From the NCBI GenBank assembly GCA_964544275.1, contig CAZIZX010000001.1, positions 49,576-113,575 of the forward strand: a stretch of DNA of 64,000 bases, given 5' to 3'. A program made the position numbers and the translations under genes. The notes below the pieces were generated by a model that did no database searches, was not told where the DNA came from, and was given only the letters and a program-made list of their open reading frames with translations. Position 1 is the first letter of the stretch; each line of letters starts with the position of its first letter. Shown here in pieces: positions 10,647 through 19,251 of this stretch. This stretch comes from an uncultured Gammaproteobacteria bacterium (lineage in GTDB: Bacteria > Patescibacteriota > Microgenomatia > UBA12405).

Positions 10647-12104
10647 ATGAACAACACCAAAAACCAAGCAAAGACCAGCATCCAGTTCAGACCACCCATC
10701 GTTGCCGTTATGGGTCACATCGACCATGGAAAAACTTCTCTTCTGGACAAAATTAGATCCACCAACACCTGGAAAAAAGAAATTGGTGGTATCACTCAAC
10801 ACATTGGTGCTTATCAGGCGGCTGTCAAACAAAAGGATGGACAGGAAAGGCTGATTACATTTATCGACACACCTGGTCACGCTGCTTTCATTAACATGCG
10901 TGCCCGAGGAGCCCAGGCCACCGATATGGTTGTTCTGGTCGTCGCTGCTACCGAAGGTATTATGGCTCAAACCAAAGAATGTCTTCGACACATCAGGGAA
11001 GCCGACTTGCCTTTTATTGTCGCCATGAATAAAATTGACCTTGCCGGTAGCCAGCCGGATAAACTCAAGGGTCAGTTAGTAGAAATGGGGTACACCCCCG
11101 AAGAATATGGTGGTCAAATATCGGTCATCCCTGTTTCCGCCAAAACCGGCGAAGGGATTGACGACCTTCTTGAAATGATTTTACTTAATGCCGAGATTAT
11201 GGAACTTAAATCAGAGCCCGACGCTCCACTTGAAGCCATTGTCATCGAATCAAAAGTTGACAAAAGACGCGGCCCTCTGGCTTCTGCCATAGTCAAAAAA
11301 GGCAGCCTCAAGACTAGTGATCAAGTCTACGCTGAGAGTATCACTGGCAAGATCAAAGCATTGCTCGATTATACTGGCCAAAACATCAAAGTGGCAGTTC
11401 CCGGAACTCCGGTTGAAATTTTGGGCTTTTCCCAAGTACCCCCGGTTGGCAGCCTCATCACCAATCAGGTCCGCGAAACCAAGACCGAAATTCAAAAGGT
11501 CGACACTTCTGTCTTGAGTGTTGAAGAAGAAAGTCCGAAACTTCCAGTAATTATTAAAGCCGATACCGAGGGAACCCTGGAAGCTCTTTTAGGCAGCTTT
11601 ACCGATGACGTTCTGGTCATTTTCTCTGGAGTTGGTGCTGTTACCGACAGTGATGTTTTTATGGCTCAGGCGTCAGGCGCTCAGATTTTTGCTTTCGATG
11701 TCAAAACTCCGCCATTTATCCAAAAATTAGCTGGCAATAATAAGGTCAGAATCATGGAATCTCGGGTGATATACGAATTAATTGACGATATCCAGGCCCA
11801 GGTGTTAAAGCTGCTTGAGCCCACCATCGATGAAACTATCTTGGGTGAGGGTACTATTATTGCCGAGTTCAAGATTAATAAAGTCAGGATTGCTGGCGTT
11901 GACGTCACCAGGGGAGAAATTGCCAAAGGTACACTTATCCATTTAAAAAGGAACGGTAAAATTATCAAAGATACCCAAGTTGATAGCCTCAAACAAGGCA
12001 AAGAAGATGTCGACAGAGTCAAAATGGGGAACAGCTGTGGCATAACTTTCAAGCCTTATGTTGATTTTAAAGAAAATGATGTTATAATATCCTATAACAA
12101 ATAA
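10647..12104 (+). CDS. infB: Translation initiation factor IF-2 (no N-terminal domain)
   Basis: RPPIVAVMGHIDHGKT, GITQHIGAY, DTPGH, NKID. Confidence 0.96.
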   Translation: MNNTKNQAKTSIQFRPPIVAVMGHIDHGKTSLLDKIRSTNTWKKEIGGITQHIGAYQAAVKQKDGQERLITFIDTPGHAAFINMRARGAQATDMVVLVVAATEGIMAQTKECLRHIREADLPFIVAMNKIDLAGSQPDKLKGQLVEMGYTPEEYGGQISVIPVSAKTGEGIDDLLEMILLNAEIMELKSEPDAPLEAIVIESKVDKRRGPLASAIVKKGSLKTSDQVYAESITGKIKALLDYTGQNIKVAVPGTPVEILGFSQVPPVGSLITNQVRETKTEIQKVDTSVLSVEEESPKLPVIIKADTEGTLEALLGSFTDDVLVIFSGVGAVTDSDVFMAQASGAQIFAFDVKTPPFIQKLAGNNKVRIMESRVIYELIDDIQAQVLKLLEPTIDETILGEGTIIAEFKINKVRIAGVDVTRGEIAKGTLIHLKRNGKIIKDTQVDSLKQGKEDVDRVKMGNSCGITFKPYVDFKENDVIISYNK

Positions 12105-12107
12105 TTA

Positions 12108-12956
12108 ATGTCTCAAAATTTGTTACCAATGAGCCAAAACAATCGCTCTACTATAGACGAGACAAATAATCAAAATAAATTTGGAAGCAGGCCAAATATG
12201 AAAAACTATAAAGTTGACTCCATTAAAAACCTTATTGATAGCGCCAAAAATGCGCTTATTGTAGTTCCCGAGCTAAACATTGACAGTGCCGGAGCCGCTC
12301 TGGCTCTTGCTTTATCACTAAAAAAACTTGGCAAACAGGTGCAAGTCTATTCTTCTCAAACCACCGACAATAATTATTCCAAATTGGTCGGCCTCGACCT
12401 GTTGACTAACAACCTGACTAGCAACGACTTGGTTGTTTCTCTGGATTACCCTCTGGATCAGATTGATCAGGTTTCATACAACGACGACGGTGGTAAATTA
12501 AACTTAGTCGTCAAGACCAAGGAAAATGCTCCTAAAGTTGAAAACAACAATATCTCCATCAACAACCAGTCGGCCATTGCCGACATCAACTTCATGCTTG
12601 GTGACGAAACCAAACTTTCCAATGTTGATATTGTCAACCAAGGAAACTGGATTTTGATTACTCCTCAAAACACCCAAAAATCATGGGCCAAGGAAACTTT
12701 GGTTGACCAGGATGCTCCTTTTTCTGAGATTTTTACCTTTTTGCTTCCCATGCTAAACATGGAACTTGACGGTGACTCAGGTAAGAACTTACTTATAGGT
12801 CTTCGCGTGGCCACTCAATCTTTTTCGGTTAATGTATCACCGGAAACTTTTGAAGCTGGCGCCATCAACCTTCGGGCGACTCAACCTCCGGTTGACACTC
12901 CCATTGGTGATCAGTCAACCGATAATCCTCAGCCCTCATCTATTCCGACAGCCTAA
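12108..12956 (+). CDS. Degenerate DHH/NrnA-like protein (start may be 12198)
   Basis: AKNALIV and IDSAGAALALALSL resemble the DHH N-terminus; LLIGLRVATQSF resembles the LYxGIxxDTxxF motif; no DHH triad; occupies the nrnA position after infB. Confidence 0.6.
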   Translation: MSQNLLPMSQNNRSTIDETNNQNKFGSRPNMKNYKVDSIKNLIDSAKNALIVVPELNIDSAGAALALALSLKKLGKQVQVYSSQTTDNNYSKLVGLDLLTNNLTSNDLVVSLDYPLDQIDQVSYNDDGGKLNLVVKTKENAPKVENNNISINNQSAIADINFMLGDETKLSNVDIVNQGNWILITPQNTQKSWAKETLVDQDAPFSEIFTFLLPMLNMELDGDSGKNLLIGLRVATQSFSVNVSPETFEAGAINLRATQPPVDTPIGDQSTDNPQPSSIPTA

Positions 12957-12967
12957 ACTAACCATAC

Positions 12968-13213
12968 ATGTCAATCTGTAACGAGTGTCTTTACTTTATT
13001 TCTAAAGGTGAAACTAAAACCTTGAGATATCTTCGGTCTAATTTGAACAATCTCGAATGGTTGGAACAGTTGGATGGAGTATCTGGTGGGGATTGTAATA
13101 ACATCGAAAACTTATTTCTTCTTTTATTCGAACCAAAAGTCCGTGTGATTGAACGGCCGGTCTTATCAAGTATGCCTAGCTGTCGACATTTTATCCCCAA
13201 GTTCTCCCGATAA
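12968..13213 (+). CDS. Hypothetical small Cys-containing protein
   Basis: 81-aa ORF filling the gap; CNEC...C...CRHF; TAAACT 8 nt before the ATG. Confidence 0.55.
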   Translation: MSICNECLYFISKGETKTLRYLRSNLNNLEWLEQLDGVSGGDCNNIENLFLLLFEPKVRVIERPVLSSMPSCRHFIPKFSR

Positions 13214-13227
13214 TACTTAATCTTGTG

Positions 13228-13311
13228 TGTTATAATCAAATTCGTAGCTATCAAGTCGGTGTTTTGGAAGCCAACCAAAGCTTATTTGTTACCGATAAAT
13301 AGCCCCATACT
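13228..13311 (+). promoter_or_regulatory. rpsO promoter and candidate structured leader
   Basis: TGTTATAAT 13228-13236; nested pairs GCTAT/ATAGC, TCGGT/ACCGA, TTTGG/CCAAA. Confidence 0.6.
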
Positions 13312-13581
13312 ATGGCATTAACCAAAGAAGAAAAGAAAACCGTCATCGACAAATTCGCTCAGGCCAAAGGCGATACCGGTTCACCGGAAATTCAGGTGGC
13401 TATCTTAAGCAAAGAAATCGAAAAACTCCAGGAACATCTCCTGGAAAACAAACATGATTCTCCCGCTAAAAGAGGAATTTTGAGTAAAATTGCCAAAAGA
13501 AGAAGACTTTTGCGCTATCTTTCCGAGCACACTCAAGAGCGTTACGGTAAACTGATCAAAGATTTGGGTTTAAAAAAATAA
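13312..13581 (+). CDS. rpsO: 30S ribosomal protein S15
   Basis: DTGSPEIQVAIL, KRRRLLRYL. Confidence 0.97.
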   Translation: MALTKEEKKTVIDKFAQAKGDTGSPEIQVAILSKEIEKLQEHLLENKHDSPAKRGILSKIAKRRRLLRYLSEHTQERYGKLIKDLGLKK

Positions 13582-13634
13582 ATTCCCCCCATTCTTTTGC
13601 AGCTATTATGTGTTTAAAAATGTAAAATATCATT

Positions 13635-15818
13635 ATGACCAGTGATTCATTTCAGATAAAAATCGACAATCAACTTATTCATCTTGAATCAGGTAAATTT
13701 GCTCCTCAGGCCAATGCCTCAGTTATGGCTACTTACGGCAACACCAAGGTTTTGGCCACTGTGGTTTTGGGTAAAACCGACGAGACCAGGGATTATTTCC
13801 CTCTTTCTGTCGAATTCATCGACAAACTTTATGCCGGCGGTATTATCAAAGGCGGTAAATGGATCAAAAGAGATCTGGGTCCGTCCGATACCGCTATTTT
13901 ATTTGGCAGAATTATCGACAGATCAATCCGTCCTTTATTTCCACCAGGTTTTATGAACGAAGTTCAGGTGGTTACTACCGTCTTAAGCAACGACAAAGAA
14001 CACGATATAGTTTTAGCCGCGTTTACCGCCGTTTCAGCTGCTCTAGCCATGTCCGACATCCCTTTTAAATCGGCCGTTTCAGCTGTCCGCATTGCCCTGA
14101 TCGATGGTAAACAGATTGTTAACCCTACTATGAGCCAATTGGCCCAATCTACCATGGATCTTTTAGTCTGTACCGGACCCGCTGGTGTCAATATGATTGA
14201 AGCTGACGCCGAAATTGTTGATAACGATACCGTCCTTAAAGCCATTGAACAGGCCCAAAAAGTTGGTGATAATATCAACAAGCAAATCCTTGAGTTTGCC
14301 AAAAAATCAGGTCAAGTTAAAGTTGAATATATTCCGGTATTACCTCCCCAAGATCTTATTGACGAATTAGACAAAAAATACAGTCAGGATTTTATCAAGT
14401 TCTTGGCCAATGGTATTGACGGTGGTCATATGGCAGCCGAAAATGAAATTTTAGATAAAATCAAGAGTGATTATCAGAATAGAGTTGATAATGAAGAAGG
14501 TTTTAACAACCAGTTGATCGAATCGTTTCATCAATTGATCCAAAAATATATCCGCCAAAGCACCCTCAGTGGTAAACGTTACGACAAAAGAGAATTCGAC
14601 CAAGTCCGACCTCTTTATATTGAAGCTGGTCTTTTACCTTCAGTCCACGGTTCGGCTCTCTTCCAGAGAGGTCTAACTCAGGCACTAACAATAACCACCT
14701 TAAGTTCCTTATCCGACAAGCAATATTTACAGGATTCATCCGGCGAGACCACCAAACGATACCTTCACTATTACTCAGCCATGCCATTTTCTACCGGTGA
14801 AGCCGGTCGTTTTGGTCGTCCTGGTCGACGTGAAATCGGGCATGGAGCACTTGCCGAAAAAGCACTTCTTCCGGTTATTCCTTCCGAAGAAGAATTTCCC
14901 TATACTATCGCCTTAACTTCTGAAGTACTGTCTCAAAACGGCTCTTCATCTATGGCTTCTACCTGCGGCTCTACCATGAGCTTAATGGACGCCGGCGTGC
15001 CCATCAAAGATTTAGTTGCTGGCATATCCGTCGGTATGATGTCCGACGACAAAGACAAATACGTCTTACTAACCGATATTGCCGGACTGGAAGATCATTA
15101 CGGTGACATGGATTTTAAAATCACGGGCACTGCCTCTGGTATCACTGCTATCCAGTTAGACATTAAACGGGAAGGACTGACCCTGGATATGATTCGCCAA
15201 ACTTTTTCTGCCAGTACTAAGGCTAGATTGCAAATCTTAGAGGCAATGAAAAAAGTTTTATCAGCCCCTCGCCCACAACTCTCTCCAACTGCCCCCAAAA
15301 TTTCCGTGGTCGCCGTTCCCGAAGAAAAAATTGGTGAAATAATCGGTAGTGGCGGCAAAACCATAAAAGGTCTAATGGAAAAATATGACGTTGAAATTGA
15401 TATCGACGATAATGGTCTGACTTCAATATCATCCCTCGACCACGACAAAAATTTGGCTGCGGCCAAGGAAATCGAAGCTATGATCAAGGAAGTAATGATT
15501 GGTGAAGAATACGATGGAGTCGTCACTCGGGTTGAAAACTTTGGTGCTTTCATTGAATTTTTGCCCGGCCGCGAAGCCTTGCTTCATGTTTCTGAAATGT
15601 CAGGTGGATTTTTATCTGACCCTTCATCCATAATAAAAATTGGCGACAAAGTTCATGTCAAAATCTCTGGTTTTAATGACAACCACCAGATCAAACTATC
15701 AGCTCCGGAATTTAAAGCATCCCATCCAGGAGAAGCTCAATCCAGCAGGCCACCTTTTGACCATAACCGCCCTAGCTTTGGCAGACCTCCTTTCCGTCCC
15801 CAAGACCGTCGCCGCTGA
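13635..15818 (+). CDS. pnp: Polyribonucleotide nucleotidyltransferase
   Basis: DRSIRPLFP, RREIGHGALAE, NGSSSMAS, GDMDFK, KH and S1 domains. Confidence 0.97.
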   Translation: MTSDSFQIKIDNQLIHLESGKFAPQANASVMATYGNTKVLATVVLGKTDETRDYFPLSVEFIDKLYAGGIIKGGKWIKRDLGPSDTAILFGRIIDRSIRPLFPPGFMNEVQVVTTVLSNDKEHDIVLAAFTAVSAALAMSDIPFKSAVSAVRIALIDGKQIVNPTMSQLAQSTMDLLVCTGPAGVNMIEADAEIVDNDTVLKAIEQAQKVGDNINKQILEFAKKSGQVKVEYIPVLPPQDLIDELDKKYSQDFIKFLANGIDGGHMAAENEILDKIKSDYQNRVDNEEGFNNQLIESFHQLIQKYIRQSTLSGKRYDKREFDQVRPLYIEAGLLPSVHGSALFQRGLTQALTITTLSSLSDKQYLQDSSGETTKRYLHYYSAMPFSTGEAGRFGRPGRREIGHGALAEKALLPVIPSEEEFPYTIALTSEVLSQNGSSSMASTCGSTMSLMDAGVPIKDLVAGISVGMMSDDKDKYVLLTDIAGLEDHYGDMDFKITGTASGITAIQLDIKREGLTLDMIRQTFSASTKARLQILEAMKKVLSAPRPQLSPTAPKISVVAVPEEKIGEIIGSGGKTIKGLMEKYDVEIDIDDNGLTSISSLDHDKNLAAAKEIEAMIKEVMIGEEYDGVVTRVENFGAFIEFLPGREALLHVSEMSGGFLSDPSSIIKIGDKVHVKISGFNDNHQIKLSAPEFKASHPGEAQSSRPPFDHNRPSFGRPPFRPQDRRR

Positions 15819-15833
15819 TGTATACTGATATTA

Positions 15834-16895
15834 ATGGACAAACAGACCTTGACTACAGATCAAGCTATAGCCAATCTTGCGGCAAAAACTAAAGGTATTG
15901 ACTTGCCCGGTGGTATGGTTGAAAAGTTAAACGAACTTTTTGCTCAGCTGGAGATTAACTCCAAATCAGAAAGCAGTTTTTGGCAAAATTATCAATCAGC
16001 CTCAAAATATATTGACTGGGTGATTAGTTTGCCCTGGATTCAGGAAAGTCAGGATCTTCTGGACCTTCAATTCGCCAAAGAAAAGCTCGATGAAAATCAT
16101 TACGGCCTGGATTCAGTCAAAGAAAGAATTTTGGAATACATTTCAGTACTGGCACTCCAGAAAAACCGGCAACCTGACGAGCCGCTCCGAGCTCCGATTT
16201 TACTTTTTGTTGGTCTGGTCGGTACCGGCAAGACCACCATGGCCAAGTCTATCGCTGACGTCATGGGTCGGAAGCTGATTAGAGTTCCTTTTGGTGGCTT
16301 GGGTGATCCCCACTACTTACGGGGCCAATCTAAGTTTTATCAGGACGCTCAGCCCGGACAAATTATCAAAGGTCTGTCACAGGTTAAATGCAAAAATCCT
16401 GTTATATTATTAGATGAAATCGATCGGGTTGCCGACGACGCTCTCAATACCATCATGGGTGTTTTGGTTGAACTTCTTGACCCGGAACAAAACGGAACTT
16501 TTACCGACCATTATGTTGATTATCCCTTTGATTTATCTCGAACACTTTTTGTCGCAACTTGCAACAACACTAACCGGATAGCTACCGCCGTTATGGATCG
16601 ACTTGAAGTCATTCAAATGCCCTCGTATACTGACGAAGAGAAAATCGCCATCGGCAGGGACTATCTTATGCCAAAGGCTGTTCAAGAAGCCGGACTAGTT
16701 CCCAATGAACTGAAAATCGCAGATACCATTTGGCCCCAAATCGTCCGGCCGTTAGGTTTTGATGCTGGCGTCAGAACCCTGAAGAGGAACATAGAAGGAC
16801 TCTGTCGCAAAACAGCCCGACTTATTTTTGAAGGCGGGGCAAAGCAGATAATTGTTGATGAAAGCAATGTTAAACATTTTCTACCCCAATGGTAA
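15834..16895 (+). CDS. Lon-type AAA+ ATPase lacking the N-domain and the protease domain
   Basis: LDENHYGLDSVKERILEY, GLVGTGKT, ILLDEID, LLDPEQN, FTDHY, DRLEVI, GVRTL; ends where the Ser-Lys protease domain should begin. Confidence 0.88.
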   Translation: MDKQTLTTDQAIANLAAKTKGIDLPGGMVEKLNELFAQLEINSKSESSFWQNYQSASKYIDWVISLPWIQESQDLLDLQFAKEKLDENHYGLDSVKERILEYISVLALQKNRQPDEPLRAPILLFVGLVGTGKTTMAKSIADVMGRKLIRVPFGGLGDPHYLRGQSKFYQDAQPGQIIKGLSQVKCKNPVILLDEIDRVADDALNTIMGVLVELLDPEQNGTFTDHYVDYPFDLSRTLFVATCNNTNRIATAVMDRLEVIQMPSYTDEEKIAIGRDYLMPKAVQEAGLVPNELKIADTIWPQIVRPLGFDAGVRTLKRNIEGLCRKTARLIFEGGAKQIIVDESNVKHFLPQW

Positions 16896-17464
16896 TATCA
16901 ACTAAGGCCAAAAAGATTCGGTATATCGCTAACCTGGTAGCCCAATGCCAAAAATGCCCGCTCTATAAAACCGCCACCAACCCCGTTCCCGGTGATGGTA
17001 ATCCAGACACAGAATTAGTCTTTATTGGCGAAGCCTCCGGTTTCTATGAGGATCAGCAAGGTTTGCCCTTTGTCGGCAACTCTGGTAAACTACTCGATAA
17101 ATTATTGACGGATATCAAACTGAGACGTGATCAAGTGTTCATCTGTAACATTCTAAAACATCGTCCTCCCAATAATCGTGATCCGCTCCCGAACGAAATT
17201 AGGGTCTGCGCTCCTTTCTTAAAAGCTCAACTTCAGGTAATACAACCGAAAGTAATAGTTACTCTCGGTCGATTTGCTCTTAACTATTTTTTTCCGGATG
17301 CAATGATAAGCCGGATCCACGGCCAGATTCAAGAAATTGACTGGCAGGGGATTAAGTTAACAATTATTCCTGTTTATCATCCTTCTGCTGCGCTAAGAAG
17401 TACGGACAATCTAAAAGCCCTAGAGTCAGATTTTCAAAAAATCGGCCAATTTTTAAATATATAA
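16889..17464 (+). CDS. Uracil-DNA glycosylase family 4
   Basis: CQKCPL, FIGEASG, PFVG, RPPNNRDP, YHPSA. Confidence 0.93.
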   Translation: MVISTKAKKIRYIANLVAQCQKCPLYKTATNPVPGDGNPDTELVFIGEASGFYEDQQGLPFVGNSGKLLDKLLTDIKLRRDQVFICNILKHRPPNNRDPLPNEIRVCAPFLKAQLQVIQPKVIVTLGRFALNYFFPDAMISRIHGQIQEIDWQGIKLTIIPVYHPSAALRSTDNLKALESDFQKIGQFLNI

Positions 17465-17467
17465 ATT

Positions 17468-19234
17468 ATGGAAAACAAACAAACAAAATCAAACAAAATT
17501 ATTAACCCGGTCCCCAAAGACTTTTATCAAAAACAAATCAGACAATTCAAAAATCCTTACGATTCAGTCAGGATAGCATCGTTGGGAGGCTTCGGGGATG
17601 TCACCCAGAATATGTTCGTTTATGAATATATCCCCACTGGTGACCAAAATAAAAGCCAAATTATTATCGTTGATGCCGGTGTTGGCTTTCCGGAAGAAGA
17701 CGCCTTCGGTGTCGATCTGCAGATTCCGGACACTCAGTATCTTCAGGACAAAAAAGACAGAATATTGGGTATTTTTATTACCCATGGTCACGAAGACCAT
17801 ATTGGTGCCATCCGTTTTATTTTGCCAATATTGGGCAAAAACATACCCATATATGCCCCAAAGCTTGCTGCTGCCTTTATCGAGGCCAGATTGGCAGAAA
17901 GTAATACTAGAGCCAATATAAACGTTTATGACGGAACTCAACCAATGAAAGTTGGACCTTTTACTGTCGATCCGATACAGGTAACTCATTCTATTCCTGA
18001 TACTTTTCATTTCGGAATTGATACCCCTCTGGGGGTCATCTATCATGGCTCCGATTTCAAACTGGACGTCTTTCCTCTTGATGGCAAACCTTCAGATATT
18101 CGTCACATGGCTCACATTGGTGACAAAAAAGTCCTTTGTCTCTTGTCTGACTGCCTAGGCTCAGATCATGAAGGTTATTCGCCTTCTGAGAGGTCCATTG
18201 CCGAAAATTTCAAAAGAGAAATTATTACTTCTCCGGGAAGAGTGTTTGTCACCTCGATCTCCAGTAATATTGTTCGTTGGAGTCAGGCGATTGAATATGC
18301 CAAAAGTGCCGGTCGAAAAATCGTTATCGTCGGTTTTTCCATCGAAAGAGCTATTGGTGTTGCCCGTGAGTTGGGCTATATCAATTTAAGTGAAGCTGAC
18401 ATTATTCCCGTCGAAAGAATCAAAAATTTTCCTGACAACAAACTTATTTTCCTTGTTGCCGGTTTTGCCGGACAGCCGGATTCTGCTCTCAGCAAAATTA
18501 TTATGGGTAAACACCGAATTAAGATTAAATCCGGAGACAGGGTCATATTCTCCTCTCCTGACTATATTCCTGGTACTACTTCGGGAATTTATGAAATGAT
18601 TGATAATTTAGCCCGTCAAGGTGCTGAAGTTACTTACGGCGAAAAGGAGGAACTCCATGTTTCCGGTCATGGTTACCAAAATGAACATGCCATTTTAATT
18701 AACCTGGTCAAACCAAAATACCTTTTGCCTATTGGAGGAAATTTCCGCCACGTCAAAAGTTATCAAAGCATGGCCAAGAATTTGGGCTACAAAGAAGAGC
18801 AGGTCATTATGCCCGAATATGACTCCACCGTTACTTTTCATGGTAATGGCACTTTCGACACCAGCTTCAAAATACCTTTACGCAAAATTCTGATCGATGG
18901 TCTTGGGATTGGCGACGTCGGCACTACAGTGCTTCGTGACAGAAAACTATTGGCCGAAGATGGTATGTTTACCATTGTCATGTTGGTAGATTCCCAGACC
19001 GGAGTCCTTAGCAAAGAACCTGTTATCCTGAGCCGCGGCTTTGTCTTTGTCAAGGAAAGTTCTGACTTGCTTAATTACCTCAAGCAGGAAGTTATTCAAA
19101 AATTCCAGCAGGTAACCAGCAAACCGGCCAATTTTGAATTTATCAGAGAAGAAATTCAGGGACATATCGAAACTATCATTCACCAAAAGACCGGCCGCCA
19201 ACCCATGGTCTTGCCCTTGGTAATAGAGGTTTAG
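17468..19234 (+). CDS. rnj: Ribonuclease J
   Basis: LGGFGDV, THGHEDHIG, THSIPD, HVSGH, VLRDRKLLAEDG, TGRQPMVLP. Confidence 0.95.
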   Translation: MENKQTKSNKIINPVPKDFYQKQIRQFKNPYDSVRIASLGGFGDVTQNMFVYEYIPTGDQNKSQIIIVDAGVGFPEEDAFGVDLQIPDTQYLQDKKDRILGIFITHGHEDHIGAIRFILPILGKNIPIYAPKLAAAFIEARLAESNTRANINVYDGTQPMKVGPFTVDPIQVTHSIPDTFHFGIDTPLGVIYHGSDFKLDVFPLDGKPSDIRHMAHIGDKKVLCLLSDCLGSDHEGYSPSERSIAENFKREIITSPGRVFVTSISSNIVRWSQAIEYAKSAGRKIVIVGFSIERAIGVARELGYINLSEADIIPVERIKNFPDNKLIFLVAGFAGQPDSALSKIIMGKHRIKIKSGDRVIFSSPDYIPGTTSGIYEMIDNLARQGAEVTYGEKEELHVSGHGYQNEHAILINLVKPKYLLPIGGNFRHVKSYQSMAKNLGYKEEQVIMPEYDSTVTFHGNGTFDTSFKIPLRKILIDGLGIGDVGTTVLRDRKLLAEDGMFTIVMLVDSQTGVLSKEPVILSRGFVFVKESSDLLNYLKQEVIQKFQQVTSKPANFEFIREEIQGHIETIIHQKTGRQPMVLPLVIEV

Positions 19235-19251
19235 TTGTCTTATAATAACTC

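Noticed and set aside
16880-17464. Frameshift that would restore a Lon protease domain
   Set aside because: The downstream frame is a clear family-4 UDG, and I saw no Lon_C motif (DGPSAG) after the AAA+ module
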